From the human T2T-CHM13v2.0 reference genome, Homo sapiens, in NCBI RefSeq assembly GCF_009914755.1, contig NC_060929.1: DNA of 64,000 bases; one strand, written 5' to 3'. This document shows positions 59,613-64,000 of this stretch, in pieces (within the stretch, counting starts at the first letter, position 1; each line of letters begins with the position of its first letter). The position numbers and the translations under genes were made by a program. The notes under the pieces are model-generated. The model was given only the letters and a program-made list of their open reading frames with translations, made no database searches and had not been told where the DNA came from.

Positions 59613-59819
59613 AAGTGGGTCTCAAAAATGGGAATTTTACACCCCACATTCTTCTTCCCATCTGGTGGACATTTGTCAATGTGTACAGATATTTCTGATT
59701 TAAAAAAAAAAACTGAAAGAGAGGATGTGCTACTGGCATCTGGTGGTCGAGGCTAGGGATGTTGCTAATCATCTTACAATGTACACGATAGTTCCCCACA
59801 ATGACTTTGAGAAACCCTG
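59613..59819 (+). mobile_element. MER20
   Basis: gtgggtctcaa...ggacatttgtcaatgt...gtgctactggcatctggtggtcgaggctagggatgttgctaa...tgagaaaccctg. Confidence 0.85.
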
Positions 59820-60114
59820 CTCTAACACTACTGCAGGATGAATTTTAAGCACAATTATAAGAGAGGAGCTAGATATTGAGTTTTAAAAGGAGAAAATATA
59901 AGTACAAAAGAAGAATGAAGATTGTTATAACAGGGGCAAGTAGAAGTTAGAAGAAAATGTGATAAAGTAAATCTACATTTTAGAATAGTACTGGAAGTTA
60001 TTATCAGGTGTTACAGACAAGTTTGAGACTTCTGTAAGTGACCTAAAGAAATTATGGACACTGCAAGACTAAATAATCATTCATTTAGGAAGGAGCTTAA
60101 AAGCACTTTCTCAA

Positions 60115-60434
<320 letters not shown>

Positions 60435-60796
60435 TCACAAAATTTGAGTTATCCTGAGCTTTTTTTACTTTAAGCTATCAAGCCATTGTTTGGAATCTTC
60501 AGAACCTCTTTGGAGTTTGGGATTTAAGAGTCAGTAGGTAGATAGTGAGCTTAAGATGCCAAACACAACATATAAAGCTATAAAAATCCATATGATCTTG
60601 AAAGATTTAATGGAAGCCCAGCACAAAACAATTGCTGAGTATATTATTTACATTATCTGAAAGTATGCCAAACATACACGTTATATGTTAATAAAGATAT
60701 GAGAAAGAAAATTCCAAAGAGTTTCTAAAAAGTGAACAACCACAAAATTTCAATAGCTTGCAACAAACATTTTCTTCTCACTCATGTTACCTGATG

Positions 60797-61002
60797 GAAA
60801 ATCAAATGGCTGCCTGGAGACAGCATGGAGGGAGAGACTGATTACTGAGGTGCACAAGAAAACTTTTCATAATGATGGTTGTGAATGTAGTGATATTTCC
60901 AAAAGTATATACATATATATATATCTCAAATTTGACCACATCACACGTTCCAAGTATACTGAATTGACTGTGCATCTCTTATTATACCCCAGGAAAGTTG
61001 AA
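60797..61002 (+). mobile_element. L1ME-type 3' end
   Basis: atggctgcctgg...gtgcacaagaaaactttt...tgatgg...ttataccccaggaaagttg. Confidence 0.6.
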
Positions 61003-61939
61003 GATATGAAAATGAAAAAAAATTCTTCCACCGACTACCCATCAATTTTCTTCTCATTAGCCTCACAGATTTCACAGTTAATTAAAGGGAAGATGCAAAT
61101 ATGTTCAAACTGTACATATGCTGAGGCCCATACCTTGCCATTAGCTCAATAAAGAGAGACATTGTCCCTGGCATGAAAATGAAAAACTTGCACACTCCCT
61201 ATGTGGCTTCTGGACACTCTTAAGACATAAACACACTTTGGGGGCTCACCCTATCAGGCTTTGCTCTCAGAGCTTAGATGAGAAAAACACAAAAATAAAA
61301 CCAAAAGATGACATTTAGATGCCCATCAAGAAAGATGTGTTGCGAACTGGACAGGTCAGGACTTTAAGTACTGTATCTTACTGTATGTTTAAGTACTGTA
61401 TGTTACTGTAGAAACTTACTCATTTTCCCCTCAGAACAACTCTGTCTCAGGAGGTGAGTCTGAGAGCTACTGTTTCTTTGTAATGGTTTTATCTGATCAG
61501 GTCCACGGTCACCACGTCAGCCCCACTGCCCTTAAATAGTTTGAATCTTGATGTTTTGATTTCAAAGACTTCTGATTCTAGCTACATAGCTTTGTCCATT
61601 TCCCACCTTACCACTATTTACTTTGAATTTTGTTGCATGCCGAGACCAGTGACTGCCACAAATGTGACTGTTCCTAGAATCTGCTTTCTGCTGTGATTTT
61701 TAGTCAGTGTGCAGACTCTAACATAAACTCCTTTCTATCGTATTTTCTTGAGTCCAAGAGCCCATAGATTGTATAATGCACTATTTTATGTCCCGTTAAG
61801 CAAGTAATTTGCATTATGGCTAATTAAACTAAGACATACCACTGAATTGTAAAATGCATTATATTTTCAGGAGATATTAAAATATGAAATGTATGGGTCT
61901 TGGAATAGATGAATTGTGACAGTATCTTTGGAAAGTTAA

Positions 61940-63070
61940 TTCAGTTGTAGTATTGCTTAAGATGTCTTTAAGAGCTGAGCCACTTCCTTTAGTTGGAATA
62001 CATATGTAAATTATTTGCAGAGGAGATTTGCCTCTTTTATCTCATTCACTTGTTTATTCAATCATTTATTGATATCAATATGGACTAAGGAAAATTACAT
62101 TTTTGGGTATAATCCAAATATACCAATTAATTTATTGTGTTGCTAAAATTATTCTAGAAATTGAAAGACCTTTCACTTGGCCCCTGTGCTTGTTTGACAT
62201 ATCTCACAAATAGATTTTTGTTAGTATTTTCATAATTTCTGGCACTAGAGGATGTCCCAGGCTCATCTTGTGTATTTTCTTCCCCATTCTTAGAATCAGC
62301 CACTTTAAAAGATGCCCTGCTTTCTATATAACAAATCAATATTTAAGTGCTAGCTGTGCCTGTAGCTAAGGGAGTATCAATTTTTTCATAGCTCTCTAAG
62401 ATGAGAGAGCAAAGAAACAATGTGTATATTCTTACACATATGTAGACACATATCTTTAAATATTTCTATATGTAAACATCTATATTAGTCCATTATCCCA
62501 TTGTTATAAAGAACTACCTGATCCTAGGTAATTTATAAAGAAAAGAGCTTTAATTGCCTCACAGTTCCACAGGCTGTACAGGAAGCAAGAATGGGGAAGC
62601 CTCAGAAAACGTACAATCATAGCAGAAGGCAAAGAGGAAGCAGGCACATCTTACATGGCTGGAGAACGACGGAGAGAACTAAGGGGGAGATGCTACACAC
62701 TTTTAAACAACCAGATTGTGTGAGAACTCACTCATTATCACAAGAATAGCAAGGAGGAAATCTGCCCCCATAATCCAATCCCCTCCCACTAGACTCCTCC
62801 TTCAACACTGGGGATTACAATTGGACAAGAGGTTTGAGAGGGGACAAAAATGTAAACCATATCACCATCTATGTCTATATTAAGCTAAACATGGGTTCTT
62901 ACTGATGTCACTACCTCTAACCTAGTCCCACAAGCATCAATGCCTTCCTGTATCTCTAAACCCCCACTCCAACAATAAAAATCCTGACTCTCACTATCTG
63001 ACATCTATTTAGTTAATTGTTCACTTCCAGTATATGTGTATAGCTGTACCAGAATTGATAACCTGCCCTT
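61940..63070 (-). mobile_element. L1MC/MD-type 3' region interrupted by a THE1 LTR
   Basis: ggagatttgcctctt...tttattcaatcatttattgatatcaatatggact...ccaggctcatcttgtgtattt...tagaatcagccac. Confidence 0.7.
62481..62864 (-). mobile_element. THE1D/MSTA-like solo LTR
   Basis: tatattagtccatt...ttataaagaactacctga...aaaccatatca; TSD acatc/ccatc (4 of 5 match). Confidence 0.9.
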
Positions 63071-63446
63071 GGTAGAAGAACGTCTTTATCAACTAAATTA
63101 AATGCCTTTGTACAAGTTTCGTTTGCCTTTCATCGTAAGAGTCTGCACTCATTTTCAATATCACTTTGACCAGCACCCTTTCCCTTAAGTCCCTCACTGA
63201 AGTTATTTTGTATGGTTCATAATAGAGCTAGATAAATTTGTAACAGTCTGCATTCCATCCTGAGATTCTACAACCTTTTAATTAATTTTTTATTAAAAAT
63301 ATAACTTTTATTTTTGGTAAATATTAGCACTTCTGTGCCACACTACTATATATAAATATCAAAAAAAGGTCCAGAAAGCTATAGAAAATTTAAGTGCTGA
63401 ATGTTGAACCTAACAATAACTTGGCTAAAGTAAGTACAGAAGGCAA

Positions 63447-63975
63447 TTTTTTATTTGTGTAAATTTATGGGATGCAAATATAATTTTGTTACCTCCATAA
63501 AGTACATAGTGTTGAAGTAAGGGTTTTAGAATATATGTCACCTGAAAAATGTACATTGTACTCATTACATAATTTCTCATCATCCCCTCCTCCCACCCTC
63601 CTGAAATTTCCAAGTCTCTGTTGTCTATCATTCCACATTCTATGTCCATGTGTATACATTATTTAGCTTCCAGTTATAAGTGAGAACATGCAGTATTTGT
63701 CTTTCTGTGTCTGATTTGTTTCACTTAAAATAATGACCAGTTACATCCATGTTGTTGCAAAAGACATGATTTTATTCTTTTGTATAGCTGAATAGTATTC
63801 TATAGGGCATATATGCCAGATTTATTAATCTAATCATCCAGTGAGGGACACATTGCTATTGTGAATAGTGCTGTGATAAACATATGGGTGCAGATACCTT
63901 TTTCATATAATTATCTGTTCTCCTTTGGGTAGATCTCCAGTAGTGGGATTGTTGGGTGAAACTGCGGTTTTATTA
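63447..63975 (-). mobile_element. L1PB3/4-like 3' end
   Basis: atgtacattgtactcatt...gtctatcattccacattctatgtccatgtgtatacattatttagc...ttataagtgagaacatgcagtatttg. Confidence 0.85.
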
Positions 63976-64000
63976 AGAATGTATATTCTGTAGTTGCTGG

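Overview
AT-rich, repeat-dense primate (hominoid/human-like) genomic DNA with no recognisable protein-coding gene, RNA gene or CRISPR array. All calls are by eye from remembered repeat consensus sequences, so subfamily labels are approximate. The window is a layered archive of mobile elements. Ancient layer: L2, MIR and L1M fragments plus DNA-transposon relics (MER2, four MER20, MER47A, Tigger2b, Tigger3a, MER5A, Charlie-type). LTR layer: MaLR LTRs (MLT1, MST, THE1, including a complete LTR-int-LTR THE1 with TSD) and a CpG-rich, 3'-truncated ERV9 LTR12 promoter. Retroposon layer: six Alus, a near-full-length old L1PA15/16-like element and three younger L1PA insertions. The long ORFs in the track are L1 ORF2 remnants or repeat-derived artefacts. 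The most unusual observation is two independent 5'-inverted (twin-primed) L1PA3-like insertions about 6.6 kb apart that share six non-consensus transversions, which suggests a common source element. One of them has a perfect 15-bp TSD but no poly(A) tail or L1 3' terminus. I find no convincing evidence of a new gene system.
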